In this document: one piece after another, positions 21,032 to 29,713 of the stretch
Numbering within the stretch: position 1 is the stretch's first letter
Layout of the letters: every line of letters begins with the position of its first letter
The notes under the pieces: generated by a model
Seen by the model: only the letters and a program-made list of their open reading frames with translations
Told to the model about the DNA's origin: nothing
The model's database searches: none
Assembly: GCA_041576235.1 (NCBI GenBank)
Contig: JBFGLJ010000003.1
Span: forward strand, 1 to 39,316
Direction: 5' to 3'
From: Gemmatimonadales bacterium
Lineage (GTDB): Bacteria > Gemmatimonadota > Gemmatimonadetes > Gemmatimonadales > GWC2-71-9
Length of the DNA stretch: 39,316 bases
Position numbers and translations under genes: made by a program

Positions 21032-21960
21032 CTGGCCACGCTCCGACTGGCCTCTACCCGATACCCTGCCAACGCCATCACCGGCGCAAACTCCCGCTCG
21101 ATGCGCCGCACCAGCGCCGCATCGACGTCCTCACGCCAGCTATCGATCGTCCCCATTCTGACGAAACGCCCCTCGCCGGCCGCTCTATCCTTATAGGCCT
21201 CGGCGCCGTGCCGGTCCTCGAGGGCGCGCATGGCGTCGAAGCCTCCGCGCTCGACGGCGAGGGACAGATCGGCCTCGCTCCGCTCGATGCCGGCGAACGC
21301 CATCACCCGCTCGAGCGAGCCGCGCCGGTCGCGCACCAGGTCTTCGTAGGTCATGATGTGAATCCGGTTCCCCTGGGCGGCTTCCGCCATGGTCGACCGC
21401 ACCTGCCGGTCCCAGCGCACCAGATCGCGGTTCCAGTCCACGAAGATGCCATCCATCGCCAGGTACTGGGCCAGGAAATCGGTCAGGGTCAGGTCACGGT
21501 CATCGAACATGACCTGGTACATGTGCCAGAGCGACGGTAACACGGCCCGGGGATCGCGCATCAGGTAGATGATCTTGGGATAGAGGTCCCAATAGCGCGG
21601 GTACTCATTGCGGAAGATCCTCGGATCGGGCAGGGTCCCATAACGGGCGATCTGATAGTCACGGCCGTGCACGAACGGCACGTGCTCGCCGACGTTCACC
21701 AGCGTCACCCGGTGGTCGTGATCGCGGGTCAGGAGCACGGCCAGCATGTAGGCCAGCCAGGTGTTGCCCGACTTAGGATGGCCTACGAGAAACACGTCGG
21801 TTGGCCTTCGCGCCCGGAGAAACTGGCCACGGCGAACCCGGCCGCGGAATTCGTAGTAGCCGAGCCGGCGCTTCACCCGCTTGAACCACGGGACCAGCCC
21901 GCGGGGCGGGCCTCTTCCGGGACGGCGTGGGGGCGAAAGGCGCGGCGAACGCCGCATCAT
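21028..21960 (-). CDS. PAPS-dependent sulfotransferase
   Basis: 5'-PSB loop GHPKSGNTW, 3'-PB YLMRDPRAVLPS, YEDL and FVRMG....W. ATGA overlap with the upstream gene supports a start at 21960. Confidence 0.9.
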   Translation of the reverse strand: MMRRSPRLSPPRRPGRGPPRGLVPWFKRVKRRLGYYEFRGRVRRGQFLRARRPTDVFLVGHPKSGNTWLAYMLAVLLTRDHDHRVTLVNVGEHVPFVHGRDYQIARYGTLPDPRIFRNEYPRYWDLYPKIIYLMRDPRAVLPSLWHMYQVMFDDRDLTLTDFLAQYLAMDGIFVDWNRDLVRWDRQVRSTMAEAAQGNRIHIMTYEDLVRDRRGSLERVMAFAGIERSEADLSLAVERGGFDAMRALEDRHGAEAYKDRAAGEGRFVRMGTIDSWREDVDAALVRRIEREFAPVMALAGYRVEASRSVAR

Positions 21961-22835
21961 GTCAGTTGATCGTCCAGGAATGTTCGTGAGAGACGCTGGA
22001 ACCGCTCGGGGTCGGGGTCGCCGTCCTTGACGGCGTGGAAGTTGAGCCACTCCCTCTGCTTCCGATCGCTGGGAAACTCGGTGGTCGACCAGTGATCGAA
22101 CTCGTCCTCGTCGGTGAACTTCAGCTCATAAAAGCTGACGGGCGCGAAATCGGCTTTGCGGATAGTCGTTGGCCGGGTGAGGCCTTCCCAATGCTGCCGC
22201 TTCCGGAACCGGCAGCGGAAGCTATAGGGGAAGACCTCGACCTCCGTATTCACCTCTCCCACCGCCAGATAGTACTCACCGACATGGTTTCGGTAGATCG
22301 TTTGGCCCGACAGGTTATAGTACGTCTCTCGCCGGGACTGGATCTCGCGAAGGAAGGAGATGAAGGCCGGACGCACGGCCCTTACGGCCACCATGTCACC
22401 GTCCCACTTGCACACATACCGATAGGAGCACTGCGATAGGGACCAGTTGGTGAAGTAGGCGAGACTGTGAACCGAGTCTTCAGGGGTCGCGTTATGCTCA
22501 GGCCCAAACCGTGAAACCCGATGCGGGTACGTCCTCAGGTGGATGATGGCATCGGTACCACTCTCTCGCATGACGTCGCGGACAATGTCGGTGCTGCCGT
22601 CATCACTCCCGTTGTCGATCACCACGATTTCGTCGAAGATGGGGAGAATCGAGCGGAGGCAGTACCCCAGCTTCGGAGCCTCATTCCTCACCCGGACCAT
22701 GGCGCTCACCCCCGGGCGGGCGCGCGACCGCTCCAGGGTGAAGTCGAAGTCAGCATGTCCCTCACGATTGGTGAATCGCTTCCGGCGCCTGAGTGTGTCT
22801 AGCACAGTCATATGGAAGGAGGGCTGGAGGGTCAT
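21957..22835 (-). CDS. GT-A glycosyltransferase (GT2/CgtA-like)
   Basis: GVSAMVRVRNE, IVVIDNGSDDGS, SLAYFTNWSLS and KWDGD (DxD). Start is 22835 or 22811. The longer track ORF overlaps the divergent gene. Confidence 0.75.
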   Translation of the reverse strand: MTLQPSFHMTVLDTLRRRKRFTNREGHADFDFTLERSRARPGVSAMVRVRNEAPKLGYCLRSILPIFDEIVVIDNGSDDGSTDIVRDVMRESGTDAIIHLRTYPHRVSRFGPEHNATPEDSVHSLAYFTNWSLSQCSYRYVCKWDGDMVAVRAVRPAFISFLREIQSRRETYYNLSGQTIYRNHVGEYYLAVGEVNTEVEVFPYSFRCRFRKRQHWEGLTRPTTIRKADFAPVSFYELKFTDEDEFDHWSTTEFPSDRKQREWLNFHAVKDGDPDPERFQRLSRTFLDDQLT

Positions 22836-22907
22836 TGACAAGAATCCGCTGGAGCCGTATCGGAAGATACCGGTCACAGGCAGGATTGGTAATGCAAGAA
22901 GGACCCA

Positions 22908-23924
22908 ATGGTAGGTAGACTGCGCGCCCTGACTTCGAAGCTCCGGTCTCGCTGGGATCCGGGCGTCGCCGTGCTCCGCTATCACCGGGTGGCCGACGTG
23001 GAGTCGGATCCGTTGGCCATCACCGTGTCGCCCACGCACTTCGCCGAGCACCTGGATGTGCTCAAGTCAGCATATGTCCCGATGACGCTTAGGGGCGTGA
23101 TAGAGTCGCTCCACGAGAAACCGCTTCCGCGGTTGGGCGTCGTGATCACGTTCGACGACGGCTACGCCGACAACTTGATCACGGCAACGCCAGCCCTGTC
23201 CCGCTACGACATCCCCGCAACGGTCTTCGTCATCACGGGCTACATTGGACGAGAGCACGAGTGTTGGTGGGACACGCTCGAGCGGGTGCTGCTCCGCCCC
23301 GGCCGTCTCCCGGAGCGGCTCCGTGTCAGCGTTAGGGACTTTGAGTTCACATGGAACCTGGGCCGGAGTGCCGTATATGGCCCTGATGAATACCGACGTC
23401 ATCGCGTTTGGAGCTGGCGAGCGGGCAAGCCGCCGACCGTTCGGCATCGTCTCTTTCGCCAGTTGTTCCGGGAACTCCAACGGTTCGACGAGTCCCTCCG
23501 CGAGGCGATTCTCCACGAGCTGGTGACTTGGGCCCAGGCCGAGCCCTGCGCGCCACCCACCCACCGAATGCTGACGGCTCAAGAAGTGACGCGACTCCAC
23601 AAGAGCCACCTCATCGAGGTCGGGGCCCACTCGGTGACCCATCCGGTGCTGGCACGACTCCCTGCCCCCACGCAAAAGCAGGAGATCGAGGCCAGCAAGG
23701 CGGCCTTGGAAGAGATCCTTGGATCCCCCGTTCGTAGCTTCGCCTATCCCTACGGCGATGCCGCCGGTGCGGCGGCACTGGTCAAACAGGCGGGCTTCGC
23801 CTCGGCATGCACGACCGAGGACGCCCTTGTTCGTCACGGCCAAGACCGGTATCGGCTGCCGCGTCTCTACGTTGGCAATTGGAATGGCGATCGGTTCGCC
23901 CGGTACTTGAGACGGTGGTTGTGA
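22908..23924 (+). CDS. Polysaccharide deacetylase (CE4/NodB domain)
   Basis: LRYHRV, ITFDDGYADN, PATVFV, GAHSVTH, FAYPYG and LPR. Confidence 0.92.
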   Translation: MVGRLRALTSKLRSRWDPGVAVLRYHRVADVESDPLAITVSPTHFAEHLDVLKSAYVPMTLRGVIESLHEKPLPRLGVVITFDDGYADNLITATPALSRYDIPATVFVITGYIGREHECWWDTLERVLLRPGRLPERLRVSVRDFEFTWNLGRSAVYGPDEYRRHRVWSWRAGKPPTVRHRLFRQLFRELQRFDESLREAILHELVTWAQAEPCAPPTHRMLTAQEVTRLHKSHLIEVGAHSVTHPVLARLPAPTQKQEIEASKAALEEILGSPVRSFAYPYGDAAGAAALVKQAGFASACTTEDALVRHGQDRYRLPRLYVGNWNGDRFARYLRRWL

Positions 23925-25135
23925 GCCGCGACTCGAGCCTCACCACGATCGACTACGTGACCGAACGCCTGGGCCCGCGGCTCCACGTCGTGCATCCGTC
24001 GGACCGCTTCCTCTACCTCGCCAACTGGACCTCGAACGACCTCTCGGCATACCGCATCGATCCCGACACCGGCGCGCTCCGGTCGCTGCCCGGGGCCCCC
24101 TTCCCCGCCGGCACCCATCCCCGCGGTGTGACCCTCGATGCCGAGGGCCGGTTCCTCTACGCCGGCAACTGGGGCTCTCATTCCATCTCGGTGTACGCCA
24201 TCGACCCCGAGGCCGGCACGCTCCGTCCCATCCCCGGATCGCCGTTTCCAGCCGGTCCGAACCCTCGGAACCTCCGTCTCCACCCCACCGGCCGGTTCGC
24301 ATACGTGTCCAACGCCGGGGGCGACAGCGTGTCCATGTATGCCGTGGATCAGGCGAGCGGAGGGCTCACCGAGCTCCCGGGATCACCGGTCGCGTCCGGT
24401 CCCCAACCCCGCTCCATCATGGTCGACCCGCGCGGCCGCTTCGCGTTCACGGCCAACGCCGGCTCCACCCTGGTCTCCGCGTATCGGATCGACGCCCGCT
24501 CGGGCGTGCTCAGCGTGGTGGACGGCTCGCCGTTTCGCGCCGGCTCCGACCCCCGGTTCGTGACGGTTCATCCGTCCGGGGCCTTCGCCTATGTGCCCAA
24601 CCAGCGGTCCCACGACCTCTCGGCCTACGCCGTCGACCCAGACACCGGTGGCCTCGCTTCCATTCCAGGCTCCCCATTCAAGACGGGACGCTGCCCGTTT
24701 CAAGTTCTGATCGAGCCCGGCGGCCGGTTTGCCTACGTGGCCAATCAGAAGTCTCGTTCCCTGGCAGGGTTTGCCATCGATCGGGCGACCGGTGCCCTCG
24801 AGCCGGTGCCAGGGTCGCCGTTCCGGACGGGACGACACCCCATCTGGCCCACGGTCGACCCGACCGGCCGGTTCGTGTACATCGCCAACAAGCGATCCAA
24901 CACGGTGTCGGGCTGGCGGATCGATCCGACGTCCGGTGCCCTCGCACCGGTCCCGGGAAGTCCCTTCACGACGGGGAAGCGGCCCCGGGCCATCACGGTG
25001 ACGGCGTCGGGTCGCTTTGCCTACGTCGGCAACGAGCGCTCGGATGACGTCACCGCGTTCGCCATCGCCCCGGACGGCCGCTTGAGCCAGGTCCCGGGAT
25101 CGCCGTTTCCAGCCGGACGGATCCAGCGTGCCTGA
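23921..25135 (+). CDS. Lactonase-family (Pgl/YkgB-like) beta-propeller protein
   Basis: Eight repeats of about 48 aa of GSPF.(A/T)G..P..V.(V/H)DP.GRF.YVAN. GTG 23921 overlaps the deacetylase stop. Confidence 0.85.
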   Translation: MSRDSSLTTIDYVTERLGPRLHVVHPSDRFLYLANWTSNDLSAYRIDPDTGALRSLPGAPFPAGTHPRGVTLDAEGRFLYAGNWGSHSISVYAIDPEAGTLRPIPGSPFPAGPNPRNLRLHPTGRFAYVSNAGGDSVSMYAVDQASGGLTELPGSPVASGPQPRSIMVDPRGRFAFTANAGSTLVSAYRIDARSGVLSVVDGSPFRAGSDPRFVTVHPSGAFAYVPNQRSHDLSAYAVDPDTGGLASIPGSPFKTGRCPFQVLIEPGGRFAYVANQKSRSLAGFAIDRATGALEPVPGSPFRTGRHPIWPTVDPTGRFVYIANKRSNTVSGWRIDPTSGALAPVPGSPFTTGKRPRAITVTASGRFAYVGNERSDDVTAFAIAPDGRLSQVPGSPFPAGRIQRA

Positions 25136-26270
25136 CGCCCAACACACCCACCCACGACCCACCGACGTACCCTCGTTGGTCTATATCCACCAATTCCGGT
25201 TTCCCAACCGGGGCGCGGCCTGGATCCAGATCACCCGCACCCTGAGCGCGCTGGCCGATCACGCCGACGTCGTGCTGGTGGTCGGGTCGCTCACCCAAAA
25301 GCGGTCCCGGCTCGACCAGGCCTGCATCGAGTATTTCGGACGCCCGCTGGCCCCCCGGATCAAGCTGGTTTCGGTGCGGCGCTGGCTCCGCCGCCTGTCC
25401 TTCCCGCTCATGATCCGCCGGGTGCTGGCGCAGGCGCCCAGACACGCGGCGTTGTACACTCGGTCGGTGTACACGGCGGAAAAATTGATTGCGTATCGCT
25501 CCCTTCATAAGCGACGTGTGATATTCGAATCCCACGCGGGAGGGGAGGGATTCCTCCGGGAGGATGCCGTGGCCAACTCTCGCTACGCCGCCATTCGGGA
25601 TGCGTTTGAATCCGACAGCCGGCACCATGCGCTACTCCGACACGTGTACTCGAATGCCGACACCGTCTTCTTTCTTCACCAGCATTGCCTCGACGCCGTC
25701 AAACGGGCACTCCCGCTCAACGATGCCGACGCCCTGTGGTACGGGTTTCGTCAGGATCGCAAGGCCTTCCAGCCGACCGGGTCGTCATTCGTCTTCTGCG
25801 GGTTGATTAGCGAACATAAGCTCATCGACCTGCTCCTCGACGCGTTCGATCTGGTCAAAAGCTCGGCCCGACTCGCGGTGTATGGGGGGAACGAGCACCA
25901 AGCCTCTCGCTGGCGGGAGAAAATGGAGAGCCGACCGTGTGCTGACCGCATCGCATTCCATTCGGCCCTGCCCTACCCGGCGCTGCAAGAGCGGCTCCGC
26001 GATTACCGCTTCGGCCTGGCCACCCAGGAAGGCATGAAGGTGGTGGACTACATCGAGAACGGGGTCACGCCCATCGTGCCCGATATTCCGTCTTACCGAG
26101 ACGTGTTCGACGAGCGACACGTGATCTTCTATCGGCCTGATGACCCGGTCGACCTGGCGCGGACGCTCGATGCAGCCGCCGGGCATGTGTACGACCCGGC
26201 GGCGATCCGCGAGCTGTGCGAGCGATATTCGTTGGAGCGGCGGGCGGAGAAGATTCTGGCACGGCTATAG
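25128..26270 (+). CDS. GT4-like (GT-B) glycosyltransferase
   Basis: FPNRGA..IQ, IFESH, FCG.I...K..DLLL.AF, MKVVDY...G.PIV.DIP and FYRPDDP.DLA. Confidence 0.75.
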   Translation: MPDAQHTHPRPTDVPSLVYIHQFRFPNRGAAWIQITRTLSALADHADVVLVVGSLTQKRSRLDQACIEYFGRPLAPRIKLVSVRRWLRRLSFPLMIRRVLAQAPRHAALYTRSVYTAEKLIAYRSLHKRRVIFESHAGGEGFLREDAVANSRYAAIRDAFESDSRHHALLRHVYSNADTVFFLHQHCLDAVKRALPLNDADALWYGFRQDRKAFQPTGSSFVFCGLISEHKLIDLLLDAFDLVKSSARLAVYGGNEHQASRWREKMESRPCADRIAFHSALPYPALQERLRDYRFGLATQEGMKVVDYIENGVTPIVPDIPSYRDVFDERHVIFYRPDDPVDLARTLDAAAGHVYDPAAIRELCERYSLERRAEKILARL

Positions 26271-26293
26271 ATGGCGGACCGAGGAAGGAATCG

Positions 26294-27042
26294 TTAGCGG
26301 TCTAGCGTCCGCTCTTTCGGCGAGCCCCGAATCGGCGGCCCCGGTCCGGGGCGCACCATGAGCCCGATCGCGTAGGGCCCGGACCGCGGCGTCGCTGCAA
26401 GGATCAGCACGTACACCCAGAGGCGCGGGCCTCGGAAGTAGACCAGAGCCCGCTGCCGGGCTCGGCGGGCGAGCAAGAGAATGAAGGCCCGCACACACCG
26501 CCCATCAAATTGCGTCCCGGCCCCGTGCCGGAGTTCCCGGAGGGCCTGGCCCAGGGGCAACGGGTCCCGGTACACCCGGGTGGTGGTCATGGCATCGAGG
26601 GCGTCGGCCACGGACACGATGCGGGCGACGAGTGGAATGTCTTGGTGGGTGAGCCCATCCGGGAATCCACTGCCATCCAGCCGCTCGTGATGCCACCGCA
26701 CCACCGCGAGCACAACCGGCCACGCGGCGAACAGGGGCCGTAGAATCTGTTCACCCACCACGCAGTGTTGTTGGATGACCCGGTGCTCGTCTGCGGTCAG
26801 CGGGCCGGGCTTCATGAGGAGCTCGTCCGGAGTCCCGATCTTGCCCACATCGTGCAGCTGCCCGCCGAGCCGCACCGCTTCCACGTGTCCTCTCGAAAGG
26901 CCGAGCTCCTGCGCGATGGCTGCGGCGTAGTCGCCCACGCGCCGCGAGTGGCCCCGCGTGTAGGGGTCTTTGGCGTTGAGCGCCTCGGTCAGACACCGGA
27001 TCGCCGCGCGCGCGAACCCACGTGATTCGGTCACGACCCACA
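26294..27042 (-). CDS. Stand-alone HD-GYP domain phosphodiesterase (start approximate)
   Basis: KDPYTRGHS.RV, LHDVGKIG, HHERLDGSGFP.GL, IVSVADALDAM...R.YR and GTQFD. The track N-terminus (27244) overlaps a candidate promoter, so the true start is probably a GTG near 27042. Confidence 0.88.
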
Positions 27043-27226
27043 CCCCGACCGGGCCGGGTCGAAACGCCCCAGCGTGTCGCCGGAGCCACGCACGTGACTG
27101 CGATCGATTCGAGATCCCGATCTCGATAGACAAGAGCCGACCAGCGAACGAGTTACCATCTTGAGCGACCAGCGCCTCCTCGAGGCGTGCGAGGGTGAAC
27201 CCACCTGTTGGCTCCACACCAAAGGG

Positions 27227-27241
27227 GCATGGGCCGCGCCA
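27227..27241 (-). promoter_or_regulatory. Candidate sigma54 -24/-12 promoter for the HD-GYP gene
   Basis: The minus strand reads TGGCGCG-GCCC-ATGC (GG-N10-GC; consensus TGGCACG-N4-TTGC). Confidence 0.5.
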
Positions 27242-27308
27242 CACCGGGGGTCTCCGCTAACCACTACCGATTCAATCCCTTACGGCCTCTGGTCAATTCC
27301 CGGTGGGC

Positions 27309-27324
27309 TGGTACGCTCCGTGCA
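27309..27324 (+). promoter_or_regulatory. Candidate sigma54 -24/-12 promoter for the bEBP gene
   Basis: TGGTACG-CTCC-GTGCA (GG-N10-GC), about 30 nt upstream of ATG 27352/27358. Confidence 0.6.
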
Positions 27325-27351
27325 TCCTGGGGCATTCGGACCCAACTCAGG

Positions 27352-28773
27352 ATGCGCATGACTGCTCCCGAGCCGAAACATCGCGCCAGGGCCTGGCGCT
27401 CAAAGCCCGACCCGGTGGTGTACGAACCGTCCGTGGCAGACCAACGAACGGCGTTCACGGTCGTGTGTCTGTCGCAGTCGTATAGCGATGTGTGGGAGCA
27501 GTTGGGCCGCGATGTCGATGCCGCGGTGCAGCTGGCCGACGCAACCGAGCCGGCCATGCTGCGCGACGCCGCCCTGGTGCTGGTGGCGGCCGGCGGCGCG
27601 GAACGGGACGCGATCGGCTGGCTGGACGGCCACAGCCACTACCCAGACATCCCGGTGATCGTCGTGGGCTCCGACCCCAGCCGCCGGCTCGCGGTTCAGT
27701 TAGTGCGGGCGGGCGCGACGGATTACCTCGTGCTTCCCGACGATCTGGAGACCTTGCGCAACGCGATTGGCGCCGCCGTCGAGGCTGGGCGGCTCCGAGC
27801 GCAGTCGCAGCGTGCCGCCCCAGCGGGGGCAGACGACGCGGCCTTCGGGACCATCGTCGGTCGAAGCCCTGCGATGATGGCGGTGCTCGACCGGGCCCAA
27901 CGGCTCCTTCCGCACGCCGACGCCACCGCGCTCATCATCGGAGAAACCGGCACCGGGAAGGAACTCCTGGCCCGCGGCATTCATGACGGCGGCCCGCGCG
28001 CCGCCGAGCCCTTCGTCGCGGTCAATTGCTCGGCCATCCCCGAGAACCTCATGGAATCAGAGCTCTTCGGCCACGAGCGGGGCGCCTTCACCAACGCCCA
28101 CGCCGCCAAACCAGGGCTCTTCGAGGTGGCCGACGGCGGGACGCTGTTTCTGGACGAAGTGGGGACCTTGAGCCCGAGCCTCCAGGCCAAGCTGCTCCGG
28201 GTCCTCGAGGACAAGGAGGTGCGCCGGGTGGGTGGAACCAAGTCGCGCCGGGTGGACGTCCGGATCTTGGCGGCCACCAACGAAAACCTGGGCGCCAACC
28301 TGGAGACCGGCACCTTCCGGCAGGATCTCTTCTTCCGGCTGAGCGTCGTAACGCTGAGTCTTCCTCCCCTTCGCGCCCGCGAGGACGATGTGCTCCTCAT
28401 CGCCGAGGCGTGCCTCACAGAGCGGGCCGAACGACAGGGCGTACCCGTTCCCCGTCTCGGTGCCGAGGTCCAGAGCGCGCTCCGTGGCTATCACTGGCCT
28501 GGGAACGTGCGCGAGCTTCGGAACGCCGTCGAGCGGGCGCTCTTGCTGTCGCCGCCGGGCGAATTGCGTATCGACGAGCTCATTCCGGCCGATGCGCCGG
28601 GCCCCGCGTCCGACGGGCCGCTGCCGTTTCCATCGACCTTGCGGGAGATCACTGCCTCGGCGGCCCGGGCCACGCTCGAGCTCTGCAACGGCAACCGAAG
28701 CGAGGCCGCTCGCCGGCTCGAGATCTCGCGCAAGCGGTTGCGCCGGCTCTTGAACGGCGGCGACCCGGCATGA
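27352..28773 (+). CDS. Sigma54-dependent activator (bEBP): pseudo-receiver, AAA+ and Fis HTH
   Basis: GETGTGKE, ESELFGHERGAFTNA, LFLDE, QAKLLRVL, FRQDLFFRL, WPGNVREL and GNRSEAARRLEISR. Confidence 0.95.
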   Translation: MRMTAPEPKHRARAWRSKPDPVVYEPSVADQRTAFTVVCLSQSYSDVWEQLGRDVDAAVQLADATEPAMLRDAALVLVAAGGAERDAIGWLDGHSHYPDIPVIVVGSDPSRRLAVQLVRAGATDYLVLPDDLETLRNAIGAAVEAGRLRAQSQRAAPAGADDAAFGTIVGRSPAMMAVLDRAQRLLPHADATALIIGETGTGKELLARGIHDGGPRAAEPFVAVNCSAIPENLMESELFGHERGAFTNAHAAKPGLFEVADGGTLFLDEVGTLSPSLQAKLLRVLEDKEVRRVGGTKSRRVDVRILAATNENLGANLETGTFRQDLFFRLSVVTLSLPPLRAREDDVLLIAEACLTERAERQGVPVPRLGAEVQSALRGYHWPGNVRELRNAVERALLLSPPGELRIDELIPADAPGPASDGPLPFPSTLREITASAARATLELCNGNRSEAARRLEISRKRLRRLLNGGDPA

Positions 28774-28785
28774 CCACTGGCAAGC

Positions 28786-28822
28786 GGGGAGTTTCGCTCC
28801 AGGGTGGGGCGTATCGCTCCAG
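28786..28822. promoter_or_regulatory. Candidate tandem bEBP enhancer (UAS) sites
   Basis: GGGGAGTTTCGCTCCAG (28786-28802) and GGGGCGTATCGCTCCAG (28806-28822) are 15/17 identical with a 20-bp period. Each is an imperfect GGAGCG-N3-CGCTCC palindrome. Confidence 0.6.
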
Positions 28823-28885
28823 CCCCCTGCCGGGAGTCCTGCCGGTAACCGTCGCGGGTGTCGTCAGTTACCGAACACCGGTCTC

Positions 28886-28900
28886 GGGCACGCCCCCTGC
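28886..28900 (+). promoter_or_regulatory. Candidate sigma54 -24/-12 promoter for the lipoprotein-TPR operon
   Basis: GGGCACG-CCCC-CTGC (GG-N10-GC), about 65-100 bp downstream of the tandem sites and upstream of the GGAGGAGG SD. Confidence 0.6.
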
Positions 28901-28990
28901 GCTCTTCTCACACGACCAGCAGGCGAACCACGACCATGGCCGCCGTCGATGCACCAGCACGTGCGGCAGACGATCTCGGAGGAGGTATTG

Positions 28991-29704
28991 ATGTCTATGC
29001 GGAGGTTTCTCGTTGCTCTGGGAGCGGGCCTGCTGGTCTTGGCCTGCGCCGAGAGTACCGCGCCCCCGATAGAGCCACCTCCGTTCGTGGCGGGCGCGGG
29101 TCCGCGTCACTTGCGCTGGAAAGCGACCCCGAGCCGCCCCCACTTCATTGCCCATCCAACGCCTCCCTCGGGGTCGAGCCAGGGGCTGCTCCCGGCGATC
29201 GCCTTCGACGCCGGCGGCAGTCCGGGCGGGCCGTTCACGGCCAGTTTCTGGGCGGTGGCCGGTGAAACCCGCTCGGTCACAATCGAGTACACGGAAGGCG
29301 ACGACGAGGAAGACGAAACGTATCCATTCGCCCAGCTGGTGGTGCCCGGCGGGGCGCTCGTGCAGCTGCCGGACGGCACCCCCATCGCCCCGGGCGATTC
29401 GGTGTTCATTACCGCGACCGTCGACCCCGACTTCCTGATCGTGAACCTGCAGCCCGGCGGGCTGGTGTTCAGCGCCGCTGATCCGGCGCAGCTCTGGCTC
29501 TGGTATGCCGGCGCCGATCAGGATTTCGATGGGGATGGAGATCTCGACTCGATCGATAGCTACATCGAAGGCGAGCTCCTGACCATTTGGTATCACCAAG
29601 CCCCTGAGGATCCCTGGACGATCATCGAAGCCCGGCATTTCGAGGGCTCGCAGGTCTTCAAGATCGATCTCCAGCATTTCTCGGGCTATGCCGTGTCCTA
29701 CTAG
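28991..29704 (+). CDS. Hypothetical lipoprotein
   Basis: GGAGGAGG SD, signal MSMRRFLVALGAGLLVLA-C, beta-rich acidic body with DQDFDGDGD, ending HFSGYAVSY. Confidence 0.8.
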   Translation: MSMRRFLVALGAGLLVLACAESTAPPIEPPPFVAGAGPRHLRWKATPSRPHFIAHPTPPSGSSQGLLPAIAFDAGGSPGGPFTASFWAVAGETRSVTIEYTEGDDEEDETYPFAQLVVPGGALVQLPDGTPIAPGDSVFITATVDPDFLIVNLQPGGLVFSAADPAQLWLWYAGADQDFDGDGDLDSIDSYIEGELLTIWYHQAPEDPWTIIEARHFEGSQVFKIDLQHFSGYAVSY

Positions 29705-29713
29705 GGTCTAGCC

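Noticed and set aside
28778-28797. TGGCAAG as a sigma54 promoter
   Set aside because: There is no GC at the required 10-nt spacing. The site at 28886-28900 fits.
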